Source of the DNA: Octopus bimaculoides
Taxonomy: Eukaryota
Direction: 5' to 3'
DNA length: 39,024 nt
Assembly (NCBI RefSeq): GCF_001194135.2
Contig: NC_068993.1
Coordinates: 45,011,500 to 45,050,523 of the forward strand
Made by a program: the position numbers and the translations under genes
Shown: piece by piece, positions 23,878 through 34,060 of the stretch
Layout: each line of letters starts with the position of its first letter
Position numbering within the stretch: position 1 is the first letter of the stretch
The notes under the pieces: model-generated
Told to the model about the DNA's origin: nothing
Seen by the model: the letters and a program-made list of their open reading frames with translations, nothing else
Databases searched by the model: none

Positions 23878-24350
23878 TATCTGCACTTTTTGTTAGCACC
23901 TTTTTCTGTTGTATTTTTGTACTTGTGTGTAGCAATACACTGGTCTTGTGCAGTGTCAGGCCTTCTGTTTTTGCTTATGCTTAATCCAGAGCTTTTGAGC
24001 CATTGTTAGCTATCACTCCGGCTTAGTTTCTCTCTGTCAAGTCTTACAGGGTTTTCACCATGGAGTAGTCTTTCTCTCTATTTGTATCTTCAGTATATTT
24101 TGGTGTTGTCTTCTGTTTTTCTAACTTTTTCACTTCTTGATTTGTCCTCATCAAAATCTGTTATTTCAGTGTAATTGGTCTCCTGTTTATACTTTCTTTT
24201 CCTTCTGTATTTGGGGAAAGCTTTTGCTTCTTTCTTGTACATATTTTTTTTTATAGTTCCTCATTATATTTATCAGTTCTCTTTTGTTTACTCTTTTTTA
24301 CTGGTCCTACTGTTGTTATCTTGTAATAGTTTTCTATTTCCATTCGGCCC
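23878..24350 (-). mobile_element. R4/Dong-type LINE, upstream part of the element that continues at 23030
   Basis: Reads EIENYYKITTVG...LLHGENPVRL...QWLKSSGL..AKTEGLT..AQDQCIATHKYKNTTEKGANKKCR, matching the R4 LHG...WL..GL...TEG...AAQDQ...KCR motifs. Confidence 0.82.
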
Positions 24351-24781
24351 AAATAGTGTTAAAGCACCAGAAAAATATTTTGTGGTATTTGTATCTGTAC
24401 TTCACATTCTGAGTCCAAATCCCATTGAGGCCAACTGTGCCTGTCATCCTTTTGATGTCCAAAAATTAAGTATCAGTTGAGCACTGGGGCTAATATAATC
24501 AACTAGCCCCCTCCCTCAGAATTTCAGGCCTTGTGCTTTTAGTAGAAAGCATCACCACCACCACCACCACCATCATCATCAAGATTATCAATGCTGTGTT
24601 AAAGTGGGTTGTAAAGCAATGAAAAGGTCATGATTATGATTACATTTTTGTTTTTGAAACAGTTTTTTTCTTATTTTAGGTTGGAAAGAAAAATGTTACA
24701 TAATTTGTTTGTATTTTTTTTTGTATATATGACTCAAGAAGATTAAATCCTTAAAAAAATTGTTGTTATTGTTTTTTGTAG

Positions 24782-24914
24782 ATCAATGCTGTTGCTAACA
24801 AAGCTGCTGGGAAAGGCTATGAAAAGGAAAGCTTCTATTCCAACATCAAGTTCCAATTTTTGGGAATTGAGAATATCCACGTGATGAGGAGTAGCTTACA
24901 AAAACTTCTTGAAG
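24782..24914 (+). CDS. MTMR6/7/8: MTMR6/7/8-like exon: [44 protein letters not shown]
   Basis: ttttttgtag acceptor, gtattt donor at 24915, 133 nt. Contains the conserved myotubularin N...A.GKGYE and [11 protein letters not shown] motifs and continues in frame from DTRPK. Confidence 0.97.
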
Positions 24915-25130
24915 GTATTTTAATCTTTTATTATACATGCCTATGTTCTAGGTGTGACTTTAAACTGCATCTGGTAGTTCCAGGGTTTTTGAGATTGAGG
25001 AATCACCTCTCAGTTATTATTGATCCCAGGTCTAATCTGACCTTTCATAGTAGCATCTGTTAGGGTCCCAGCTATTTGTTAATCAGCATCTCATGGAATT
25101 GCTCTTTTCTGTATTGAATTGATGCTTTGC

Positions 25131-25475
25131 CATCATCATCATCATCATCATCGTTTAACGTCCGCTTCCCATGCTAGCATGGGTTGGACGATTTGACTGA
25201 GGACTGGTGAAACCAGATGGCTACACCAGGCTCCAATCTGATTTGGCAGAGTTTCTACAGCTGGATGCCCTTCCTAATGCCAACCACTCTGAGAGTGCAG
25301 TGGGTGCTTTTACGTGCCACCGGCACAAAGGCCAGTCAGGCGGTACTGGCAACGGCCATGCTCAAAATGGTGTATTTTACGTGCCACCTGCACAGGAGCC
25401 AGTCCAGTGGCACTGGCAACGATCTCGCTCGAATGTCTTTACACATGCCAGGAAGGCGACACTTGGCACAGGTGC
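25131..25475 (-). mobile_element. Young 5'-truncated retroposon (RTE-type 3' UTR with internal tandem units and a (GAT)n tail)
   Basis: CpG-rich and nearly identical to 37570-37825 over about 240 bp. It shares its terminal ~150 bp with 9820-9970. Confidence 0.85.
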
Positions 25476-25739
25476 TATATATATATATCGATCTTCTGAG
25501 TGATGTTGGTACTGATTCTGTTAATTTTGTTTAATCCCAGGTAAGCCTCGATAAAGAATACCTTAATCAATGATATTCCACCCATGGTCATCCTATTTTT
25601 TTTTCAGACAATATAATCCAGATTACTTTACCCAATGTGTCATTTTTAAGGTGATAGTGTGTAGCATAAGTGATATTTGGCTGTTATTTCTAGCAGCTTT
25701 GGCAACTATGTAGAAACTCTCTTATTGGCTTGTTTCTAT

Positions 25740-25910
25740 TGATTTATTTGATGATGGTGCGAATATATCGATCTTGTTGTTTATGATGCAAATGGATTGA
25801 TTGCCTGCTTGTTGATAGTACCAACATATTGATTTTTTGGTTTGCTGATTATCCCAATGCATTGATCTTCTTTCTGATTTGTCGATAGTACCAATGTATT
25901 GATTTTTTTA
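25740..25910. repeat. Degenerate ~33-35 bp minisatellite (approx. tttgttgatagtaccaatgtattgattttt)
   Basis: ttgttgatagtaccaacatattgatttttt and ttgtcgatagtaccaatgtattgatttttt are separated by a diverged unit. Confidence 0.55.
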
Positions 25911-26250
25911 AATCACATTTAAAGCACTTTGATATCAATAAGGAAACATGGGTTCAGTTCTCACTATTTGCTCACCTTTGTAATTTTTTTTTCCTTTAAT
26001 CATCCTATTTGCATCTCCAATTTATAACTTGAATTCTCAAAGTCTAACAAGGAAATTTTTTTGTTGTTACTTAACCTGGTAGAAATAGCAGTTAAGATTC
26101 TGTCAAAGGAGGAATGTATTGGGTAATGAACCTCTATATAAGCAATGCTTCAAGAAAAGGATGGGCTAAAGCATCTTTGATTATAGGTCCCTTCAGTTGG
26201 GATTGACCCAGGGCGAAATAATGACAACAACAATTATTTACTCTTTTTTT

Positions 26251-26778
26251 TTTACTCTTTTACTCTTTTACTTGTTTCAGTCATTTGAGTGCGGCCATGC
26301 TGGAGCACCGCCTTAAGTTGAGCAAATCGACCCCAGGACTTATTCTTTGGAAGCCTAGTACTTATTCTATCGGTCTCTTTTGCCGAACCGCTAAGTTACG
26401 GGGACGTAAACACACCACCATCGGTTGTCATGCGATGCTGGGGGGACAAACACAGACACACAAACATATACACACACATNNNNNNNNNNNNNNNNNNNNN
26501 NNNNNNNNNNNNNNNNNNNNNNNNNNNNNNNNNNNNNNNNNNNNNNNNNNNNNNNNNNNNNNNNNNNNNNNNNNNNNNNNNNNNNNNNNNNNNNNNNNNN
26601 NNNNNNNNNATATATATATATATATATATACATATATACGATGGGCTTCTTTCAGTTTCCGTCTACCAAATCCACGCCCAAGGCTATAATAGAAGACACT
26701 TGCCCAAGGTGCCACGCAGTGGGACTGAACCCGGAACCATGTGGTTGGTAAGCAAGCTACTTACCACACAGCCACTCC
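26251..26778 (-). mobile_element. tRNA-derived SINE family A, young copy with an N gap in the central microsatellite
   Basis: Near-exact reverse complement of 2177-2592 apart from a short core deletion. Confidence 0.88.
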
Positions 26779-26894
26779 AATTTTGAGTAATCCCTAAATT
26801 AAATTTCAGTTCAATTTGATTATTGATCTTCTACTTTGCTGATTGATCCTTTTCATTGAATAACCTTTGTTTACTTCTATATAGAACGTCTGTG

Positions 26895-27023
26895 GTTAAC
26901 TCTCGTTCCAAACACCAGATTAAAAAGGACGAGATTATTTTTATAAAAGTCTTCATTATTTTTAAAAATTAGTCAAAACAGGGGCAGTGTATTTCAACAG
27001 GAATATAGTAACAAAAGGGTTAA
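26895..27023 (-). mobile_element. Partial TTAA-flanked MITE, second family (end gtaacaaaagggTTAA)
   Basis: One end reads TTAA-CCCTTTTGTTAC on the minus strand. The other end is not clear. Confidence 0.45.
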
Positions 27024-27669
27024 GTTAGGGTAAAAACACTTATTAACTTGCAGTATTTAAGTTCATGTTGCTACTGAAATTAGCTGAGTCGAAGCATTAT
27101 GAAGTTTTATCTCTGAGTTCAAATGTCACAGTTACTTAACCTAGCCACTTGGCCCCTTCAAAGGAGATAAAATGTCTCAGTAAAATACTGAGATGGATTG
27201 TTCAGTTGTCTCTGTTGTATCTTTTCAAAAATTTTATCTTGCCTCAGAGAAATGAATGTAGGTGTGTGTCATATGCTGGAGCTGATCCAGTTATCTATAA
27301 TGCCCTACTTGAATGGAATTTGGCCTTGTGTCCAAGGAAGAAATCAATATACCAATAGTATACCACTCAGAAGGACAAAATCAATGAAAACAAGAGTCTT
27401 GTGTGCCAAGACAAAAGAAATTATTATCTCTGTTTACTTTGAATGAGCATTTGTTGAATGATTTAGTACCTGTTAGTTATACTAAAGCCTACTTATTCAA
27501 TATAAATGTTTTATTGTTTCTCACAAAACTCTCTTCTTCAGACCAAAGTAAACCAAACTAATTATATGCAAGTCAGCTTCTGTCATTCATTGCTTTTTTT
27601 CTCGTTTTATTATTGTATCTTTTTTTTTGTATTTATTGTATCTTTTTTTTTTTCTTTTCCATTTTTCAG

Positions 27670-27779
27670 TCTGTGAGTTGAAGAATCCTTCCATGTCTGC
27701 ATTCCTATCAGGTCTGGAGAGCAGTGGCTGGTTAAAACATGTGCGAGCTGTCATGGAGACTTCAGTTTTCATTGCTAAA
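27670..27779 (+). CDS. MTMR6/7/8: MTMR6/7/8-like exon: (V)CELKNPSMSAFLSGLESSGWLKHVRAVMETSVFIAK
   Basis: atttttcag acceptor, gtaaat donor at 27780, 110 nt, phase 1-0. Contains the LESSGWL.H motif. Confidence 0.96.
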
Positions 27780-27819
27780 GTAAATCTATTTTTTCTTTTT
27801 TTGTTGTTGTTGTTGGTTT

Positions 27820-28100
27820 GGCTGTGGTTAAGAAGAAGCTTGCATTGCAACCACTTGCTTTTGGTTTCTGTCTCATTGAGTAGCACCTTGGGCAAGCATC
27901 TTTTACTTTAGCCTCAGGCTGACCAGTGCCTTGTGAGTGAATTTGGTAGACAGAGACTGTCAGAGCCTGTCATGTGTGTGTTTGTCTCCCCACCGCTATT
28001 TGACAACAAGTGTTGGTTGGTTTATATCCTGTAATGTAGCATTTTGACAAAAGAGACTGATAGAATAAGTACCAGACTTAAAAAGTAAGTACTGTAGTCA
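27820..28100 (+). mobile_element. SINE family A, older copy
   Basis: Aligns to 2177-2520. It starts about 40 bp after the exon donor at 27780. Confidence 0.75.
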
Positions 28101-28519
28101 ACTTCATCATCATCATCATCATCATCATAATCATCATTTAACGTCCATTGTCCATGCTGGCATGGGTTGGATGGTGTGATCAAAGCTGGCAGGATGCACC
28201 AGACTCCAGTCTAATTTGGCATGCTTACTATAGTTAGCACTCCAACATGACTGCAGTCCAAGGACTAAAACTATTAAAAGATAAAAGATCTATGAAATAT
28301 TGGTGTTGGGCTGTATGTTATATTGCAGTCACACTCAGCTATTAGATGTCTCTGTTGTGTAGTAATCAAGAAAATGATTCCTCTACCTTCTTCCTAATGC
28401 CATTTTCAAGTTTGGGATTCATACAGTAAACCCACTCTCTGTATTTTACAATTTCTTTTCTGTGTGTCTTGAAGCTGCTATTTACTTACTCTGATTTTAA
28501 CTGCTTTTGCTCTACTTAA

Positions 28520-28740
28520 CTCTTTAGCATTTAAACCAGCCATATCTGGCCCAAATATTTTGCCTGTCTTATGTTCAAACTGGCCAGATCTAGCTTCTCA
28601 AATCTACCCTACAGTGTAATTCTAAAAAATAAACAATCACATCATCGAAACCTCAAAGCTACGAGCTAATGCAGGATTAATTAAAAACAATGTGAATGCA
28701 TAAGCATTGCATTTGGTGGATTAAACTGAATGCTAAAGGG
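28520..28740 (+). mobile_element. Full-length 221-bp MITE flanked by TTAA (piggyBac-like non-autonomous element)
   Basis: TTAA at 28516-28519 and 28741-28744. The terminal inverted repeats are ctctttagcatt and aatgctaaaggg. Confidence 0.82.
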
Positions 28741-28874
28741 TTAAATTAAAAGTAGAACTATACAGATAAGCAAGGGCTGTGTAGACATTAGCAGTAGTAA
28801 TTTCTCTGGCTGAATTTTCTCCACTAAAAGTGAAGCTATAGAGACACTGGCAACAATAAAAGTGTGTATATGCA

Positions 28875-29120
28875 CATGCAGTGAAGTGTGTGTGTAGTGA
28901 GATGTGTATACCTGTGGTGAGGTATGTGTATGTATGTGGCAAAGTGTGTGGCAGGGTATGTGTGTGTGTATGGTAAGTTGTATGTGCATGGTGAGGTATG
29001 AGTGCATGTGTGTGGTTAAGTGTGTATGTGTGTGGTCAGATGTGTATGTATTTGCTTGTTGACGTGTATATGCATGTGTTGTGAGGTGTGTGTATATATG
29101 CATGTGGTGAGGTGTGTGTA
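28875..29120. repeat. Degenerate GT-rich minisatellite (approx. 20-bp gtgaggtgtgtgtatgtgtg units)
   Basis: Recurrent ggtgagg/ggtaag words are spaced through a (GT)-rich tract. Confidence 0.7.
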
Positions 29121-29171
29121 ATTAATTTGTTCCTATCCGTTTAATCATCTTTTCCCCGTTATATTTTGAAG

Positions 29172-29294
29172 GCTGTCTCTGAAGGTGTCAGTGTCCTTGT
29201 ACACTGTTCAGATGGTTGGGACCGCACAGCTCAAACATGTTCTTTGGCTTCTCTCATGTTGGACCCTTACTATAGAACATTAAAAGGATTTCAG
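29172..29294 (+). CDS. MTMR6/7/8: MTMR6/7/8-like catalytic exon: [41 protein letters not shown]
   Basis: ttttgaag acceptor, gtgagt donor at 29295, 123 nt. The intact CX5R loop HCSDGWDRT (29202-29228) is the signature of catalytically active myotubularins. Confidence 0.98.
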
Positions 29295-30131
29295 GTGAGT
29301 CAACATCTGCTTCACATCATTTAAAAAAAAAGCATTTTTTTTTTTGTTACTTGAAACAAAAACACACACACACACTCTCTCTCTTCCATACAAAATGTTG
29401 TTACGTTTTTTTAAATGGCCCTTCAATATGTCATCACTGCACTACTCTGAAGATACTACCAGTGGTTGGCCAGGTTATTAGGATGCCAACTCATCATGTG
29501 AGTAACCAACAGCTTCTGTTCTGTGGGCTCTCAGCTTCTCACTTTTCACAGTATTTCACAGTTAATCATTGTCATCATCATCTGTCTATTCTGTACTTGC
29601 AGGGGTCAGACAGAATTTACTGAGGCAGATAGATTGAACCTAAGATCGCATGGTTTGGGAAACAACCTTCTCAACCACACAGCCCTGTCTGCACTTTAAT
29701 GTCTCTTCTTAATCATGCAGGCATGTATGTCTGTGCAGTTAAAAAGTATTCTTTCTCCAGTGGGCTCTCAGCTTCAAGAAATTTGGTAGCAGCAGTGTTG
29801 TTATGCTTGACATCAGCAAAACTTTCAACCATGTCTGGCATGCAAATTCCCTCTTAAAAACTGCCTATTTACGGGCTTTATAAATATCTCATCTTTAGAT
29901 TGGTGGCCTCCTAGCAGTTGCACTATCACAATGTGTACTAATATAGCTCTCTCTCTCTCTCTCTCTCTAACACAATCTGTCAACTTTGGTATACTTCAGA
30001 ATTATAATCAACTCATTATTGTCAATTGTTTTGTTATCAGGAATTATGATTATATTATTTTGTCAATTATTTGGCTGTTTTAAACCCTAAAAATCATTGC
30101 ATGATACATTACAATTCTAATTCTATTTCAG

Positions 30132-30385
30132 GACCTTATTGAAAAAGAATGGCTGGCTTTTGGACATAAATTTACAGACCGATGTGGTTTTCTGGGCACA
30201 GTTGACCCTAAAGAAGTTTCCCCGGTGTTCACACAATTCATTGACGCAGTGTGGCAGATGACTCACCAATTCCCCTGTGCTTTTCAATTCAACGAACGTT
30301 TCTTGCTGGTTCTTCACGATCATGTTTTCTCATGTCAATACGGTACTTTTATTGGAAACTGTGAGAAGGATCGCATCGATCTAAG
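30132..30385 (+). CDS. MTMR6/7/8: MTMR6/7/8-like exon: DLIEKEWLAFGHKFTDRCGFLGTVDPKEVSPVFTQFIDAVWQMTHQFPCAFQFNERFLLVLHDHVFSCQYGTFIGNCEKDRIDL(R)
   Basis: ctatttcag acceptor, gtataa donor at 30386, 254 nt. Carries the LIEKEW..FGHKF, SPVF.QF and SCQ.G.F.GNC motifs. DPKEVSPVFTQF is typical of MTMR6/7/8. Confidence 0.98.
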
Positions 30386-30589
30386 GTATAAATAACTTAA
30401 TATTGTTGTCATTGTACTTAGTTTGGCACTGGAATCAAAGATGCTGTAGTGGCAGTCATCTTGTTTCTTTATCTACTTCCATCAGACATAATTTATCCAG
30501 AACTGGATTATTCAATGTGTCTCTCTCTTTTTAAAACAGGTCAAGCAAACACATATAACCTTCTTCATTGGTTCCTTAAAACGTCTTTG

Positions 30590-30953
30590 GTAATAATAAC
30601 TAATAATTGTTTCTAATATAGGTACAAAGTAGGGGATATAACCGACCCCAGTTATTTTTGCAGGTAGGGTATATAATCAGTTCCAGTTATTTTTGCAGGT
30701 AGGGGCTATAATCAACCCCAGTTATTGACTGGTACTTTTTTTATCAACCCTTAAAAGATGAAAGGCAAAAATCAATGATGGTGGTGGCAGCAACGATGAT
30801 TTCAAATTTTGGCACATGGCTAGCTTTTTTGAGGGGAGGTGGAGGTTGACTACTTTGACCTCAGTACTCATTGACCCTGTGAGAATTTAAATTCAGAATG
30901 TAAAGATGGACGAAATGCTGCTAAGCATTTTTCCGTCCTGCCAGCTTGCCATC

Positions 30954-31021
<68 letters not shown>

Positions 31022-31380
31022 CCTTCTTTCTCGTAAAGGCACAAGGCCTGAAATTTTTGGGGAGGTGGGAAGTCGATCTCACCAATTCTAGTATTTGACT
31101 GGTACCTACTTTATCCACCTTGAAAGGATGAAAGACTAAGTTGACTTGAACAGAATTTGAACTCAGAGAATGTAAAGACAGACAAATAATAATAATAATA
31201 ATAATAATGGTTTCAAATTTTGGCTCAAGGCTAGCAAGTCTGGGGGAGGTGGTAAGTTAATTACGTTGACTCTCAACTGGTACTTATTTTACTGACCTCA
31301 AAAGAATGAAAGGTTAAGTCAATCTCAGCAGAATTTGAACTTGGTGTGCTAACAATTCTCCCACAGTTCACCACCTTTAG
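30590..31380 (-). mobile_element. Cluster of about four SINE family B fragments in the same orientation, with (TAA)n tails
   Basis: Repeated tttcaaattttggcac..., ggtacttatttt..., aaaggatgaaag... and gaatttgaactc segments, each preceded on + by a (TAA)n-like run. Confidence 0.78.
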
Positions 31381-31815
31381 TAATATGTATCTTGCCTTTT
31401 TCATGGTAGTAGGATGTAGTTTCAAGGAGATTTGACTGCTATTGTTAGCAGCTTGAATTACTTCATTGAAACTCCCTTATTGAAAAGTAAAGTAAAATTT
31501 GATAGGGTTTGAACTTGGTAAACAGAGAAGGGAGGGAGTTGGAAAGAGAGAAAGAGAACATTTGTTTTTTTTGTTTTTATGGCTGTCTACTATTTCTGTA
31601 CAATCCACTATCTTAATAAATATATTAACACAACAATAAAAACAATGTAGTTTTATATTTAAATCATTACCCTCACCATATCTCACCCCCTTACTGTATT
31701 CCTTGCAAACACCTCATTAAATGTTTCTTCCACCATCAATATCTCCTCCAATCGAATGTTTTTCTCTAAGTTTTGATTTAATTTTCTTTTTTGTTTCTCT
31801 TCTCTTTATCTACAG

Positions 31816-31956
31816 GTTGTCAGAAAGAACACACTCCCTCTGGGGTTACATCCATAAGTACATGAACGACTTCATCAACCCTATTTTCCAGAAGGATAAC
31901 ATGGCAACTAAAGCAAGTGGGTTGCTTTTCCCAAACACTTGCCCCCAAATCTTCAG
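31816..31956 (+). CDS. MTMR6/7/8: MTMR6/7/8-like exon: (R)LSERTHSLWGYIHKYMNDFINPIFQKDNMATKASGLLFPNTCPQIF(R)
   Basis: ctttatctacag acceptor, gtttgt donor at 31957, 141 nt, phase 2-2. Has the T.SLW and NP motifs of the phosphatase C-terminus. Confidence 0.94.
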
Positions 31957-32946
31957 GTTTGTTTATGTCCTGTTTCATTTTATCTTATTTCACCCGTCAT
32001 CATACCCGTCAAATTACAGAACTGAACACTCTGTGTAAGTAGATTGGTGTCTTCTCATTCTAAGACTGATTTTAGTGCTTACAATAGGGGTGTCAAATTT
32101 GTCTGGCTTTGCTGGCCAGTAGAAACTAGATCTCGCAAGTGAGACAGGGTAAATTATTACTAAAACTCTATTTATAATGTTGGCCAAAGTAAATGGATAA
32201 AGGGATCAATATACCTTATGGTTAGTCCACATTACTCTATAAGGAGCATAGGGCCAGTTTCGCTGAGGTAGATTTAGTTGACTGTGTCCACCTATTAAAA
32301 ACGAATTCAACTTGTCAAATTAAATGAGCTGAATAAAATATATTGTCGAGAAATGGCTTTTTCCATTCAAAATTGAAGGGGAATAACTTTACACTCTCAA
32401 AATACATTAGTTCTGAGCATCGTTTTGTGGGTATAATATATACTGGCTTTACCATTTATGTTTATTTCTTTTGTGCATGCGTGCATGTTATTAACTATTA
32501 TTCATTATATATTTCCCATTATATGATGTAACTATCTTGAATTATTTAAATATTTAACTTCCAGTTAAGAAGTAAGATTTTACGTCCAATTACAAAGGTG
32601 AAGAAGATAGAAGCTGTGTCAGGTTCCCTTCACAGTCTGTCAGATACTGGTCTGTGAGGAGGAAGCAATGTCTATAATTTTCACAATCTCCTAAAACCTA
32701 GTAAGGGAGTGAGGAATGATTATCTGTGGTATGATGTTTTAAAGAGAAAGGGTTGGACCAAATTAGTTAGTGTTGTCGTTGAGATGTAAGACACAGTAGG
32801 AATGTTGATGAGAAGAAATTTAGAACTAGGTCCAGTCCATGTACAGAGGTAGAGAGTATTGTATTCAATCTATGGTGTATGCTTTATTCATTTATTCAAA
32901 CTCATTTCATGTACAAAGTTTGTAAAAATAGTTTTCTTTTTATTAA

Positions 32947-33168
32947 CCCTTTATCATTCAGATTACTTTGTCAAATATAATGCTTATTTATTCACATTGT
33001 TTTGAATTAGTCATGCATTATCTTGTAGCTTTGAGATTTTGATGATGTGATTTACTTATTTTTAGAATGATATTGTAGGATAGATGTGAGAGGTCAGATC
33101 TGTCTGGTTCAAACATAAAACAGGTAGAATATTTGGGCGAAATTATGGCTGGATTAGTTGCTAAAGAG
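32947..33168 (-). mobile_element. Second full-length copy of the TTAA-flanked MITE, inverted relative to 28520-28740
   Basis: TTAA at 32943-32946 and 33169-33172. The interior is the reverse complement of 28520-28740. Confidence 0.82.
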
Positions 33169-33304
33169 TTAAATTCAAAAACAATATTTTCCATATGAAA
33201 TTGTAATGTAGTAAAGTTGTTGCCAAAATGTTAAAATTCAGCACATGATCTGAATGTCAATCTAACAATAAGAACAAATCTTCATTCTTATACTTTCTTT
33301 GTAG

Positions 33305-33431
33305 GTTTTGGAAAGGAATGTATAACCGCTTTGATACTGGTGTGCATCCTAGAGAAGAAATAATGGATACATTAGCAACAGCTAAAGAACACAGCAGCTC
33401 CCTTGAAGACCATATACGGTTACTTGAAATG
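33305..33431 (+). CDS. MTMR6/7/8: MTMR6/7/8-like exon: FWKGMYNRFDTGVHPREEIMDTLATAKEHSSSLEDHIRLLEM (end of phosphatase domain, start of predicted coiled coil)
   Basis: tttctttgtag acceptor, gtaagt donor at 33432, 127 nt. FW..MY..FD motif; phase fits both neighbours. Confidence 0.94.
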
Positions 33432-33699
33432 GTAAGTGTCTTAGACTTTGGCAGAAGTCTTCCTTTTCTCTTGTCTTTCAGCTTGAACAAATTTTACCAA
33501 ATATTAGATTTTTCCACAGTGAAAATTAACTTCTGGATAACAGGCGCTTTCAAACAAAAATATTGGGTAGTATTTATTGCATCCAAGTTATGCAAACATT
33601 GCCTTGTCATTATTGACATTGGAAATGCTGGAAGCCAGTGATTGATTGATTGATTGATTGATTGACCCATTTGTTCAATCAATGCTATTGCTCACAAAA

Positions 33700-34060
33700 T
33701 ACTTGATATGAAATACCTGTGCTTCTGGGTTCCGTCTCACTGCACTGTACCTTGGGTAAGTGTCTTCTGCCATAGTCCCAGGCCAATACCTTGTGAGTGA
33801 ATTTGGTAGATGGAAACTGTGTGGAAGCGTAGCATGTGTTTATATGTTTATCTTTGTTTGTCCCTTTCCCACTATTTGACAACCAATGTTGGTTTGTTTA
33901 CATCCCTATAACTTGGCAGTTTGGCATAAAGAGACTGATAGTGTAAGTCCTAGACTTAAAAATAATTACTAGAGTCAATTTGTTTGACTAAAACCCCTTC
34001 AAGGTAGTGTTCCAGCATGGCCACAGTTCAGTGACTGAAACAAGTAAAAAGATAAAAAGC
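33700..34060 (+). mobile_element. SINE family A copy (head eroded)
   Basis: Aligns to 2215-2585. Confidence 0.78.

Noticed and set aside
30629-30726. Short direct repeats as a CRISPR-like array
   Set aside because: Tandem units without unique spacers, in eukaryotic intronic SINE sequence, and no cas genes.
32084-32290. taggggtgtcaaa start resembling a hAT/Charlie MITE terminus
   Set aside because: No clear matching right terminus or 8-bp TSD.
32600-32880. Purine-rich stretch with an LDLVL-like word on the minus strand (possible CR1/L2 endonuclease relic); similar weak hints at 4554-4742 and 7480-7970
   Set aside because: Too decayed to assign by eye and needs a profile search.
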